Assembly: GCA_029884425.1 (NCBI GenBank)
Contig: JAOUHV010000005.1
Span: 15,791 to 79,790 of the forward strand
Source: Gammaproteobacteria bacterium
GTDB taxonomy: Bacteria; Pseudomonadota; Gammaproteobacteria; S012-40
Length of the DNA stretch: 64,000 nt
Reading direction: 5' to 3'
Shown here piece by piece: positions 10,227 to 21,333 of the stretch (its first letter is position 1; each line of letters starts with the position of its first letter). Position numbers and translations under genes: made by a program. Below the pieces are notes generated by a model. The model did no database searches. It was not told the DNA's origin and saw nothing but the letters and a program-made list of their open reading frames with translations.

Positions 10227-10901
10227 GTGCAGGCAGTGGATCGACTACAGATATGGGTAAAATTTTTAATGATTGGTGTGCTGGCGTACTTCGCCACCTC
10301 GCTGATTTTGTTTGCCAATGAAGCCCGCCAATTCAGACAGGCCATCGATAATCTGGTGGTACAAATCGGTGAGGCAGGCAAAACCCTGGACGTGCCACAA
10401 ATTCTTGAACGCGTGGACACGGTTGCGCAGCAGATCGAACAGACCCGCGAAATGGTGCCGGAGATACTCGCCGAGGTAGAAAAGACCCGTGATGCCATTC
10501 CGCCGGTGCTCAAGCAAATTGAACTGACGCGCCGCGCGATCCCGTCGATTCTGGATGAAAGCGCAAAAATCCGCGAAGAAATTCCGCCAATTCTGCACGA
10601 GGTGGCGCAGGCCCGTGAGCTGGTGCCGCAGGTACTGCAGGAATCCGCCGCTATCCGCGCAGATGTGCCGACCATTTTGGATAAAAGCGAGCAGCTGATT
10701 TCCAAGGCGCAGCAAGTGTCGTCCGACATGGGGACAGGCGTGGTGAAAGGAACAGTCAAAGGCGTGGTCACCGCCCCAATCACCATCATTGAAACCGGAC
10801 TGGAAACACTGGGTTCGGGGATTGATGCAGTCAGTTCCCAGACCAGTAAAATTCTGGACATAAAGTCCAGCGAGCCATCAAAGCCATCTGCCGTGGAATA
10901 A
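10227..10901 (+). CDS. Membrane-anchored protein with six to seven tandem 14-residue repeats ([IV]PxILxExxxxRxx)
   Basis: N-terminal TM (IGVLAYFATSLILF). Repeats: VPEILAEVEKTRDA / IPPVLKQIELTRRA / IPSILDESAKIREE / IPPILHEVAQAREL / VPQVLQESAAIRAD / VPTILDKSEQLI. These correspond to 42-nt DNA repeats at ~10392-10707. Confidence 0.55.
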   Translation: MQAVDRLQIWVKFLMIGVLAYFATSLILFANEARQFRQAIDNLVVQIGEAGKTLDVPQILERVDTVAQQIEQTREMVPEILAEVEKTRDAIPPVLKQIELTRRAIPSILDESAKIREEIPPILHEVAQARELVPQVLQESAAIRADVPTILDKSEQLISKAQQVSSDMGTGVVKGTVKGVVTAPITIIETGLETLGSGIDAVSSQTSKILDIKSSEPSKPSAVE

Positions 10902-10916
10902 TTCGTTAGCGTTGCT

Positions 10917-11956
10917 TTAGTTCAGTGCCGCCAAATACTGTTGGCTTTGTTGTTCGAACGAAAATTTTGCATAGTCCCGCATGGCTTTCGCTTTATTCGC
11001 CAACAGCTCAGGATGGGTAGCCAGGTCATGCAGTTGCTGTGGCAACTGTTGCTTGTCCAATGCAAATGCGCTGTGCTGAAAATCTTCAAAGGCCATGAAG
11101 GCGGGTTCAACTAGCATCGGAATGTGATAGGCGAATGCAAGATTAAATGCGCCAGATATGCCGGACTGAAGATAGCGCGGGTTGTCGCCCAGGCAGGGCA
11201 TAATCAAGTCGCATTGCTGAATGTACTGATGAAATTCAGTGTCGGAGACAAACTGGCGAAACACAATGAAGTTGTCGCGCAATTCACCTAGGCGAGCCTC
11301 GAAATCTTCACCGTCGCCATGAGCGTGACGACTGTTGCCCAGCAAAATAAATTTAATGTGTTTATCTGGCAAAGAGGAAAGCATGGCCAGCAGTTCCAGG
11401 TAGGCGCGGCGTTTGTATTCAAGTTGGCCGGGAATGCATATCCAGAATTCATTGGCTGGTTTGTGCAATTTTTGTTGTGGGTAGTTTGGGAAAAAAATGG
11501 GATAAAACGATTGCAGCTTGATGTCGTCAATGGGGTTGTTTTGCACGAGATAATCATTGAGTGCGAAAACGCGCCGAGCTTTTTTTGCCAGGGCGTGCCA
11601 GGTGCTTTTTTTAGTTTGTTAACTTCGTGACTGATTGCGCAAATGTGTAGATTTTTGCACAGCAGCATGAAAATTTGCACCATGCGGCCAGCAAAGGTGT
11701 TAACGATCACGCGCTGAATGTTGTGTTGCTTCAGGTATTTTTTCAAGCGCAGCACGGCAATAAATTGCGCAGCCCAGGATGAAGCATCGTGCAGGCGGTA
11801 AGTGTGCAATGGAATGCCGAGCTCGGCTTCGCGCTGCAGGTGACAGTCGGGAGCGACGAAGTGAATTTGATAATCAGCGTTGTGGAGAATTTTTGCTTGT
11901 GCGTACAGACATTCAAAATGGCCGTTACTAAATTCGATCGGGGCGATATTTTTCAT
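10917..11956 (-). pseudogene. Glycosyltransferase (GT-B-like), disrupted by a frameshift in an A7 homopolymer on the coding strand
   Basis: Two overlapping minus-strand ORFs (11288..11956 and 10917..11546) join into one ~345-aa protein (...ISHEVNKLKKAPGTPWQ|KKARRVFALNDYLVQNNPIDDI...). The shift is at the T7 run 11580-11586. This could be a sequencing error or a slipped-strand site. Confidence 0.55.
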
Positions 11957-12012
11957 TGGATCAGTATGGAGTCATTATTGAAAGTTACCCTAACAAAAAA
12001 GCGTAGCTGTTG

Positions 12013-12052
12013 GCAAAAATAAAAAGGCCCTGATCATCAATCAGGGCCTTCT
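12013..12052 (-). terminator. Terminator downstream of groL (hairpin plus U-run on the minus strand)
   Basis: aaggccctgat...atcagggcctt inverted repeat flanked by A/T runs. Confidence 0.65.
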
Positions 12053-12079
12053 GTTAGGCGAGAGAAGCCTGGGGGCAGA

Positions 12080-13726
<1,647 letters not shown>

Positions 13727-13756
13727 TTATTTTCCTTTTTAATCTGTAGTTTGTGG

Positions 13757-14044
13757 TTATTCGATTACAGCGACGACGTCGTCTTCGCGCATAACCAGCA
13801 GTTCTTCGCCATTGATTTTTACTTCGGTGCCGGCGTATTTGCCAAACATCACCTTGTCGCCAACTTTGACGTCCATGGGGCGTACGTCGCCGCTTTCCAG
13901 AATGCGGCCTTTACCTGCGGCGATGACTTTGCCTTGTGAGGGTTTTTCAGCAGCAGAGCCTGGCAGAACGATGCCACCGGGAGAGGTGCGCTCTTCTTCA
14001 ACACGGCGAACCACGATGCGATCGTGTAGAGGACGAATGTTCAT
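13757..14044 (-). CDS. groS: Co-chaperonin GroES
   Basis: [14 protein letters not shown]... (96 aa). The ATG at 14044 has a GGAG RBS; the ORF-track extension back to 14107 is not used. Confidence 0.97.
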   Translation of the reverse strand: MNIRPLHDRIVVRRVEEERTSPGGIVLPGSAAEKPSQGKVIAAGKGRILESGDVRPMDVKVGDKVMFGKYAGTEVKINGEELLVMREDDVVAVIE

Positions 14045-14100
14045 AGATATCAATCTCCTGAATTGAATGGTTATTTCATTGAAAACTGGCGGCCTTGCAA

Positions 14101-14127
14101 TTAGCACTCGGGCTTGTTGAGTGCTAA
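14101..14127 (-). promoter_or_regulatory. CIRCE operator (HrcA binding site) in the groES leader
   Basis: Perfect TTAGCACTC-N9-GAGTGCTAA inverted repeat, 57 nt upstream of the groS start. Confidence 0.85.
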
Positions 14128-14170
14128 TGATAGGGGCGAAATCGTCGCAGTCAAGGCCAATGCTCCGCAG

Positions 14171-14199
14171 ATATGGGGATGCTGGCCGGGTTTTTCAAG
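14171..14199 (-). promoter_or_regulatory. Sigma32 (RpoH) heat-shock promoter of groESL
   Basis: On the minus strand: CTTGAAA - 14 nt - CCCCATAT. Consensus is CTTGAAA/CCCCATnT. Confidence 0.7.
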
Positions 14200-14209
14200 G
14201 ACCAGCAGG

Positions 14210-14659
14210 TTAATCTTCGCGACGATATTCGCCTTCGAGGGTGTTGGATTTGTGGGGTGAGGTAGGTCCCTGGTGGTTGCGATAGTGGACGTGGCTGGTA
14301 CGGATCACGTTGGCGTGACGCAGCATGCCCATTACCAGGCGGCGGCGAAAGACGGGTAGCAGTAGCAAAAAACCGAGAGTGTCGGTGAAAAAACCGGGAA
14401 TGATCAGCAATACACCGGCGATGACCAGGATGACGCCTTCGACCATTTCCAGGGCGGGGATTTCGCCGCGTTGCAGGGTGGTCTGCACTCTGGCCAAGGT
14501 GGACAGGCCCTGCTGGCGCAGCAAAAACGTGCCCGGCACGGCGGTGAGGATCACCAGGCCGATGGTAGACCATGCGCCGATTGCGCTACCTACTTGAATG
14601 AACAGGTAAATTTCAATAATGGGAACGGCGATAAGCAGCAACAGCAGTATACGGAGCAT
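14210..14659 (-). CDS. fxsA: FxsA family inner-membrane protein
   Basis: MLRILLLLLIAVPIIEIYLFIQVG... is the typical FxsA N-terminus. Adjacent to groESL, as in E. coli. Confidence 0.7.
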   Translation of the reverse strand: MLRILLLLLIAVPIIEIYLFIQVGSAIGAWSTIGLVILTAVPGTFLLRQQGLSTLARVQTTLQRGEIPALEMVEGVILVIAGVLLIIPGFFTDTLGFLLLLPVFRRRLVMGMLRHANVIRTSHVHYRNHQGPTSPHKSNTLEGEYRRED

Positions 14660-14769
14660 GATTTTCTCGAGGCTTGGTTGACGCACAAGCACCCACTATA
14701 AGGAAAAAGTTGGTTCACCGAAACCTTGAGGGGTAGAATCGTGCGTTTTTCATCGCCCGGGAGGGGGAC

Positions 14770-15102
14770 ATGAACGAACCGAGGGAGTTTTGTCTGGTGC
14801 TCAGTACCTGCCCGGACGAGGCCACGGCCAAGCGCCTGGCGGGGAGTTTGTTGGCAAAAAGACTGGCGGCATGTGTCAATATAGTGCCTGGGCTGCGCTC
14901 AATGTACCTGTGGAAGGGTGAGCTGCGGGACGATGCAGAAGTGCTGATGCTGATCAAAACGCGCGTGGACCACTATGATCGACTGGAAGCAGAGCTGCGT
15001 GCCGAACATCCCTATGAACTTCCCGAAATCGTGGCTGTCCCATTTGAGCATGGTTTAACGGGCTATTTTTCCTGGATTAATGACGTCGTAAAAAATAAAT
15101 GA
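14770..15102 (+). CDS. cutA: Divalent-cation tolerance protein CutA
   Basis: 110 aa with CutA1 fold motifs. Immediately upstream of and overlapping dsbD, as in E. coli cutA-dsbD. Confidence 0.85.
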   Translation: MNEPREFCLVLSTCPDEATAKRLAGSLLAKRLAACVNIVPGLRSMYLWKGELRDDAEVLMLIKTRVDHYDRLEAELRAEHPYELPEIVAVPFEHGLTGYFSWINDVVKNK

Positions 15103-17327
15103 AAAGAATAATTTTGCTGTTTTCCCTGTTACTGTCGGCTTTTTCTGTCGTTGCTGCCCAGCAACCGCTCAAGCCTGAAGATGCGTTTAAGTTGCGAGCA
15201 TATGCCAAGGACGCGCACACGATCACGGCAGAGTGGACCATCGCCGAAGGCTATTACCTCTATAAAGAAAAATTCAAATTTTCCACCCAGACTCCAGGCT
15301 ATGAACTGGATGTTGCGGCGGCAGTATTTCCCAAGGGCAAGATCAAGCAGGACGAATACTTCGGCCAGGTCGAGTCGTTCCGCAACAAGATCAGCATCGA
15401 TATTCCGTTGAGTCGGGCAGTGGATGCGCCAGAAGAGCTGGTGCTGGATACGGTGTCGCAAGGCTGTGCGGATTTGGGTTTATGTTATCCACCGCAGAAA
15501 GTTTCTGTCAGCTTGTTTATGCCGCCGCTGGAAGACGGCAGTTTTTCGGCATCGCCCGCGCAATCCGGGGCTGCGGGTAATTCGCTGTTGGGCAAACTTG
15601 GGCAATCACTGGGATTGGGTAAGGCCGCTGGCGGTAACGGCAGTTTTCTGGAGCCAGCCCAGGCATTTGCGCTGAGTACCGAAGTGACCAACGGTAATGT
15701 TATTACGGTCTCCTGGGATATTGCCGACGGCTATTACCTCTACAAAGACCGCATGGCATTTTCGCTGATGTCGGCGGATGGTGTGTCCTTGGCTGCGCCG
15801 GTGTTTTCCAGTGGCGCGAAGCTCAAACACGACGAATATTTTGGCGAAATGTCGGTGTACTACCATCAGGCGGTGGTGACACTGCCGTTGGAGCGCAGCA
15901 ATTTTGATCCCACCGATGTGCAGCTAAAAGTGAGTTACCAAGGCTGTGCCGAAGCGGGCTTTTGTTATCCGCCACAAACAGACACGTTGGGTTTGAGTCT
16001 GCCTAAGGGCAGCGCCAGCGCCTCGGGTATTGCCGCAGGTGCGGTGAGTGAATCTGACAGCATTGCGGCCAGTCTGGCGGGCGATAGTCTGGGCTGGATT
16101 ATTCTGAGTTTTTTCGGCTTTGGCCTGCTGTTGGCGTTTACCCCGTGTGTGTTTCCGATGGTGCCGATTTTGTCGAGCATCATCGTTGGCCAGGGTGAGA
16201 GTCTGACCACCCGCAAGGCATTTACCATGTCGCTGGTGTATGTGCTGGCGATGGCGGCGACCTATACGGTGGCCGGGGTATTTGCCGGAATGGTGGGCGA
16301 GAATTTACAGGCCGCGTTCCAAAATCCGTGGGTGTTGTCGGTATTTGCGCTGATTTTCGTCGCGCTGTCGCTGTCGATGTTTGGATTTTACGAGCTGCAA
16401 TTGCCGACATCCTGGCAAACCAAGCTGACCAGTATGAGCAACAGCCAAAAAGGCGGAACGCTGATCGGTGTTGGCATCATGGGCTTTTTGTCGGCGCTGA
16501 TAGTCGGGCCTTGTGTTGCTGCGCCGCTGGCCGGCGCGTTGATCTACATCGGCCAGACCGGTGATGCGGTGTTGGGCGGTACGGCGCTGTTTGCGATGAG
16601 CCTGGGCATGGGCGCGCCGCTGTTGGTGATTGGCACATCGGCGGGCAAGCTGTTGCCCCGCGCCGGTGTTTGGATGGAAAAGGTCAAGGCCGTGTTTGGT
16701 CTGATTCTGATCGGTGTGGCGATCTGGATGTTGGAGCGCATACTGTCAGTGCAGATCAGCATGCTGTTGTGGGCGGCGCTGGCGATCGGTTCGGGTATTT
16801 ACTTCGGTGCGATCCGTCGCGCAGCGGTGGGCAAAATCAGCAAAACCATCGGTTGGTTGTTGCTGGTCTATGGCGTGGCGCTGGCGGGAGCCGCGGTAAA
16901 AGGCGGCAACAATGTGCTTAATCCGCTGGAACCTTTTTTGTCAGCATCTGACGATCGTCCTCTGGTATTCAAGCGAATTAAGTCGCTGCAGGATCTGCGC
17001 GATGAGATTACCCAGGCTAATCGTGACGGCCGGCCTGTGATGCTGGATTTTTACGCGGATTGGTGTGTGTCCTGTATTGAAATGGAACACAAAACTTTTG
17101 CCAAAGCGCCGGTACAGGCGGCATTGCAACCGGGCGTGATGTTGCAGGCCGATGTGACTGCCAATGACGATATCGACAAGGAGTTGATGAAAGAATTCGG
17201 CATTATCGGCCCACCGGCGATTTTGTTCTTCGATCGCCAGGGCAACGAGCTGCGCGAGCTGCGCGTGGTGGGCTTCAAGCAGCCGGACGAGTTTCAGGCG
17301 ATTGTTAACCAGGCATTCGCACCCTAA
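15099..17327 (+). CDS. dsbD: Thiol:disulfide interchange protein DsbD with a tandemly duplicated N-terminal alpha domain
   Basis: TM core with CVFPMVP...CVAAPL cysteines and a C-terminal thioredoxin domain (WCVSC). There are two Ig-like alpha domains, each with a Cys pair (CADLGLCYPPQ and CAEAGFCYPPQ). 742 aa versus ~565 aa in E. coli. Confidence 0.9.
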   Translation: MKRIILLFSLLLSAFSVVAAQQPLKPEDAFKLRAYAKDAHTITAEWTIAEGYYLYKEKFKFSTQTPGYELDVAAAVFPKGKIKQDEYFGQVESFRNKISIDIPLSRAVDAPEELVLDTVSQGCADLGLCYPPQKVSVSLFMPPLEDGSFSASPAQSGAAGNSLLGKLGQSLGLGKAAGGNGSFLEPAQAFALSTEVTNGNVITVSWDIADGYYLYKDRMAFSLMSADGVSLAAPVFSSGAKLKHDEYFGEMSVYYHQAVVTLPLERSNFDPTDVQLKVSYQGCAEAGFCYPPQTDTLGLSLPKGSASASGIAAGAVSESDSIAASLAGDSLGWIILSFFGFGLLLAFTPCVFPMVPILSSIIVGQGESLTTRKAFTMSLVYVLAMAATYTVAGVFAGMVGENLQAAFQNPWVLSVFALIFVALSLSMFGFYELQLPTSWQTKLTSMSNSQKGGTLIGVGIMGFLSALIVGPCVAAPLAGALIYIGQTGDAVLGGTALFAMSLGMGAPLLVIGTSAGKLLPRAGVWMEKVKAVFGLILIGVAIWMLERILSVQISMLLWAALAIGSGIYFGAIRRAAVGKISKTIGWLLLVYGVALAGAAVKGGNNVLNPLEPFLSASDDRPLVFKRIKSLQDLRDEITQANRDGRPVMLDFYADWCVSCIEMEHKTFAKAPVQAALQPGVMLQADVTANDDIDKELMKEFGIIGPPAILFFDRQGNELRELRVVGFKQPDEFQAIVNQAFAP

Positions 17328-17340
17328 AAAAGGCAAGTAA

Positions 17341-17889
17341 ATGACAATGAAGTGGCTTAAAACGGCACTGATCGTGGCGTCCATGGGGCTGGCGTTTTGG
17401 CTGGGCATGGCTATTACCCAGCGCAGCGTACCGGTGGATGCCGAGGCAGAGGCTAGGGCGAATGCAATGATCCATGAATTGCGCCCGGGGTTTTTGTTGC
17501 CTGATCTGCATGGCCAGTTGTTTGATGCCAGGCAGTGGGACGGTAAAGTGCTGGTGGTAAATTTTTGGGCTACCTGGTGTCCGCCGTGCCGTCGCGAAAT
17601 GCCGGATTTTGTCGAGTTGCAGCACGCGTATGCCAGTCAGGGCGTGCAATTTGTTGGGATCGCACTGGATGAGCCCGGTGCAGTGCAGCAGTTTGTGCAG
17701 GAAATGAATGTGAACTACCCCTTGCTGTTGGGAGGGGTGAAGGCCACGCAGGTATCCGAAGCCTACGGCAACAGCGACGGTGTGCTACCCTATACGGCAA
17801 TTGTTGATCGACAGGGGCGTATTGCCTATATTCATCGCGGCTTTTTTCCTGGCGACCAAGCAAAGAAGGTCATCCTCTCCCTGCTGTAA
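17341..17889 (+). CDS. Membrane-anchored TlpA/ResA-like thioredoxin-family thiol:disulfide oxidoreductase
   Basis: N-terminal TM and a WATWCPPC active site. Confidence 0.8.
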   Translation: MTMKWLKTALIVASMGLAFWLGMAITQRSVPVDAEAEARANAMIHELRPGFLLPDLHGQLFDARQWDGKVLVVNFWATWCPPCRREMPDFVELQHAYASQGVQFVGIALDEPGAVQQFVQEMNVNYPLLLGGVKATQVSEAYGNSDGVLPYTAIVDRQGRIAYIHRGFFPGDQAKKVILSLL

Positions 17890-18039
17890 ACTTCAGCGAA
17901 GTGCGCCGAACGGGTGGCAACTTTCGGGAATTATCTGGACAAACCCCGCAGCGATGTTGCAGAATTCCTCAAAATTCATGCGCGTTGACTCTTCGCGAGG
18001 GGCCGCGCGCGTTTAATAACACGGTTGAATTCACTCAGC

Positions 18040-18477
18040 ATGGCTAAAATACTGATCCTAAACGGTCCCAATCTCAATTTGTTGGGAACACGGGAGCCAA
18101 AGCACTATGGCAAGCAGGGTCTGGATCAGATCAATGGCGCGCTAAAGCAGCTGGCAACCGATGCTGGCCATGAGTTCGATACGCTGCAAAGCAATGCAGA
18201 ACACGAACTGATCGATCGGATTCATCGTGCCCGAGGAGAGATCGATTTTATTATTTTCAATCCCGCCGCGTTCACCCACACCAGTGTGGCGTTGCGCGAT
18301 GCGCTGTCGGCGGTGGAGATACCGTTTATTGAAGTGCACTTGTCCAATGTGCACGCCAGAGAGGCGTTTCGACGTCATTCGTATTTTTCTGATATTGCAG
18401 TCGGTGTGATTAGTGGTTTGGGTCCGGTCGGTTACGAACTGGCACTGCAGGCCGCGATTAAGCACCTAAAAAACTAA
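18040..18477 (+). CDS. aroQ: 3-dehydroquinate dehydratase type II
   Basis: [20 protein letters not shown]... aroQ-accB-accC order is conserved. Confidence 0.9.
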   Translation: MAKILILNGPNLNLLGTREPKHYGKQGLDQINGALKQLATDAGHEFDTLQSNAEHELIDRIHRARGEIDFIIFNPAAFTHTSVALRDALSAVEIPFIEVHLSNVHAREAFRRHSYFSDIAVGVISGLGPVGYELALQAAIKHLKN

Positions 18478-18485
18478 CCGAGGAA

Positions 18486-18950
18486 ATGTTGACTACGATG
18501 GACATTCGTAAGATTAAAAAACTGATCGAACTGCTGGAAGAATCCGGTGTAGCGGAAATCGAGATTCACGAAGGTGAAGAGTCTGTGCGCATCAGTCGCA
18601 ACGGGGCCAACAGCGGGATGATGGTTCCGATGGCGGCTCCTCAAATGATGGCTGCGCCACAGCCAGCTGCTGCACCGGCTGCGGCTGCTCCTGCGGCAGC
18701 GCCAGCTGCGCCATCGGGTCACGCGGTTAAATCACCGATGGTGGGTACGTTCTACCGTGCACCATCGCCCGGCGCGAAATCGTTTGTTGAAGTAGGTCAA
18801 TCGGTTTCTGTGGGCGACACCTTGTGCATTATCGAAGCGATGAAGATTCTGAACCAAATCGAGTCAGATAAAGCTGGCGTGGTTAAGGCTGCGTTGGTGG
18901 AGAACGGTGATCCGGTCGAATACGGCCAGCCCATGTTCATCATCGAATAA
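18486..18950 (+). CDS. accB: Biotin carboxyl carrier protein of acetyl-CoA carboxylase
   Basis: Ala/Pro-rich linker and biotinyl-lysine motif [10 protein letters not shown]. Confidence 0.93.
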   Translation: MLTTMDIRKIKKLIELLEESGVAEIEIHEGEESVRISRNGANSGMMVPMAAPQMMAAPQPAAAPAAAAPAAAPAAPSGHAVKSPMVGTFYRAPSPGAKSFVEVGQSVSVGDTLCIIEAMKILNQIESDKAGVVKAALVENGDPVEYGQPMFIIE

Positions 18951-18985
18951 GTGTCAACGGCAACAACAAACATTGAGTTGTAAGC

Positions 18986-20335
18986 ATGATTAATAAAATT
19001 GTCATCGCCAATCGCGGCGAGATCGCCCTGCGCGTGCTGCGTGCCTGCCGTGAGATGGGCATTAAAACGGTTGCCGTGCATTCGGAGGCCGACCGCGAAC
19101 TCAAGCACGTTCGTCTGGCTGACGAAAGCGTCTGTATCGGTCCTGCACCGTCTTCTGAAAGTTACCTGAATGTACCTGCGCTGATCAGCGCGGCGGAAGT
19201 AACAGATGCAGAAGCCATTCATCCTGGTTACGGATTCTTGTCAGAAAATGCTGACTTTGCCGAGCGTGTGGAAAGCAGTGGCTTTATTTTCATCGGTCCG
19301 CGTCCAGAGACCATTCGCCTGATGGGCGACAAAGTGTCTGCCATCAACGCGATGAAAAAATCAGGTGTACCCTGTGTGCCGGGTTCGGGTGGTCCGCTGG
19401 GAGATGATCCCGACGAAAATATCCGCATCGCTCGTGACATCGGTTATCCGGTCATTATCAAGGCCGCCGGTGGCGGTGGTGGTCGCGGTATGCGCGTGGT
19501 GCGTTCCGAGGCTGCATTGCTGAATGCGATTTCGTTGACCAAAACCGAAGCGCGTACCGCTTTCGGTAACGACATGGTGTACATGGAGAAATTCCTGGAA
19601 AATCCACGTCACGTGGAAATTCAGGTATTGGCCGACACACACGGCAATGCGATTCATTTGGGTGAGCGCGATTGCTCCATGCAGCGTCGTCACCAAAAAG
19701 TGGTTGAAGAAGCGCCAGCGCCCGGCATTACCGCTGAAGTGCGCGCCAGAATTGGTGAGCGCTGCGCGGAAGCCTGCCGCAAGATCGGTTATCGTGGTGC
19801 GGGTACGTTTGAATTCCTCTACGAAAATGGCGAGTTCTATTTCATCGAAATGAACACTCGTCTGCAGGTAGAGCATCCAGTGACCGAGCTGATCACGGGC
19901 GTGGATCTGGTGAAAGAGCAAATTCGCATCGCCTCTGGCGAAAAGCTCAGCTACACCCAGGATCAAATCAAGCCGCGTGGTCATGCAATCGAATGTCGGA
20001 TTAATGCCGAAGATGCGCGTACTTTTATGCCATCGCCTGGTCGCATTACCCAGTATCACGCGCCGGGTGGTCCTGGTATCCGCGTTGATTCGCACATTTA
20101 CAATGGCTACATGGTGCCGCCGTATTACGATTCCATGATCGGCAAGCTGATTGCCTATGGTGACACGCGCGAAATCGCGGTAGCGCGCATGCGCACGGCG
20201 TTGAGTGAAATCGTGATTGAAGGCATCAAGACCAATATCGCGCTGCATGAAGACATTATGCGCGACTTGGGTTTTCAGGCCGGTGGAACCAATATCCACT
20301 ACCTGGAAAAGAAGCTGGAAATTAATAATCACTAA
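18986..20335 (+). CDS. accC: Biotin carboxylase
   Basis: 449 aa ATP-grasp protein; [23 protein letters not shown]... Confidence 0.97.
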   Translation: MINKIVIANRGEIALRVLRACREMGIKTVAVHSEADRELKHVRLADESVCIGPAPSSESYLNVPALISAAEVTDAEAIHPGYGFLSENADFAERVESSGFIFIGPRPETIRLMGDKVSAINAMKKSGVPCVPGSGGPLGDDPDENIRIARDIGYPVIIKAAGGGGGRGMRVVRSEAALLNAISLTKTEARTAFGNDMVYMEKFLENPRHVEIQVLADTHGNAIHLGERDCSMQRRHQKVVEEAPAPGITAEVRARIGERCAEACRKIGYRGAGTFEFLYENGEFYFIEMNTRLQVEHPVTELITGVDLVKEQIRIASGEKLSYTQDQIKPRGHAIECRINAEDARTFMPSPGRITQYHAPGGPGIRVDSHIYNGYMVPPYYDSMIGKLIAYGDTREIAVARMRTALSEIVIEGIKTNIALHEDIMRDLGFQAGGTNIHYLEKKLEINNH

Positions 20336-20422
20336 CGTCATTTGCCACTTTGCGGCGCGAGAGCCCCTGCGCTTTCGCGTCGCGATGTTTCAATGGTCAA
20401 GTCAGCAGGGGTAGTTTGCCAC

Positions 20423-21304
20423 ATGGCGTGGAAACAACTGCAATTCCATACAAGCACCGATAAGGCCGGACGCCTGTCCGATTTGCTGACCAAGTACGGT
20501 GCGTCTGCGGTAACGTTTGTCGATGATGGTAATGAACCAGTGCTTGAGCCTGGTCCCGGCGAAGTGCCGCTTTGGGATCAGACTTGTGTGGTTGGTTTGT
20601 TTGAAGATGACGTTGATCTGGACGATGTCCTGCAAAAATTATCTGCCAAACTGGCGCCTGCACCACTCCCTGTTTACGAAATTTCTGATTTGCCGGACCA
20701 GGATTGGGAACGCGCATGGTTGGCAGATTTTAAGCCCATGCAGTTTGGTCAACGTCTGTGGATTGTGCCGACCGCTTACGATGCCCAGGATGAAAATGCG
20801 GTGAATATTCGCTTGGATCCGGGCTTGGCGTTTGGTACCGGTACCCATCCGACCACAGCGTTGTGTTTGACCTGGCTGGACGGTCACGATGTTCAGGGCA
20901 GGTCAGTGCTGGATTTCGGGTGTGGCTCAGGTATTCTTGCCATTGCTGCCGCCAAATTAGGCGCAAAAAAGGTCAGCGGTGTGGATATTGATCCGCAGGC
21001 GGTGACGGCGACGCGTGATAATGCCAGACTCAATGACGTAACTGCGATTGAAGTGTCGCTCAGCAGTGATTATCGCGGTGGGCTGGTCGATATCTTGCTT
21101 GCAAATATTCTGGCAAATCCATTGAAAATGCTGGCGGCGGAATTTGCGCAGCGCGTCAAACCTGGCGGTGATTTGGTGATGTCAGGCATACTGGCGGAAC
21201 AAGCGGCTGAAGTGGCTGCTGCCTATGTCCCCTGGTTTGACATGGATGCGCCGCAACAGCAAGACGACTGGGTGTTGCTGCATGGCAGGCGCCGCACAGA
21301 ATAA
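20423..21304 (+). CDS. prmA: Ribosomal protein L11 methyltransferase
   Basis: MAWKQLQFHTS... aligns to the E. coli PrmA N-terminus. SAM motif VLDFGCGSGILAIAA. Start is the internal ATG at 20423. Confidence 0.9.
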   Translation: MAWKQLQFHTSTDKAGRLSDLLTKYGASAVTFVDDGNEPVLEPGPGEVPLWDQTCVVGLFEDDVDLDDVLQKLSAKLAPAPLPVYEISDLPDQDWERAWLADFKPMQFGQRLWIVPTAYDAQDENAVNIRLDPGLAFGTGTHPTTALCLTWLDGHDVQGRSVLDFGCGSGILAIAAAKLGAKKVSGVDIDPQAVTATRDNARLNDVTAIEVSLSSDYRGGLVDILLANILANPLKMLAAEFAQRVKPGGDLVMSGILAEQAAEVAAAYVPWFDMDAPQQQDDWVLLHGRRRTE

Positions 21305-21333
21305 TGACAACGTAGACGGGTAATCAAAAAAGC

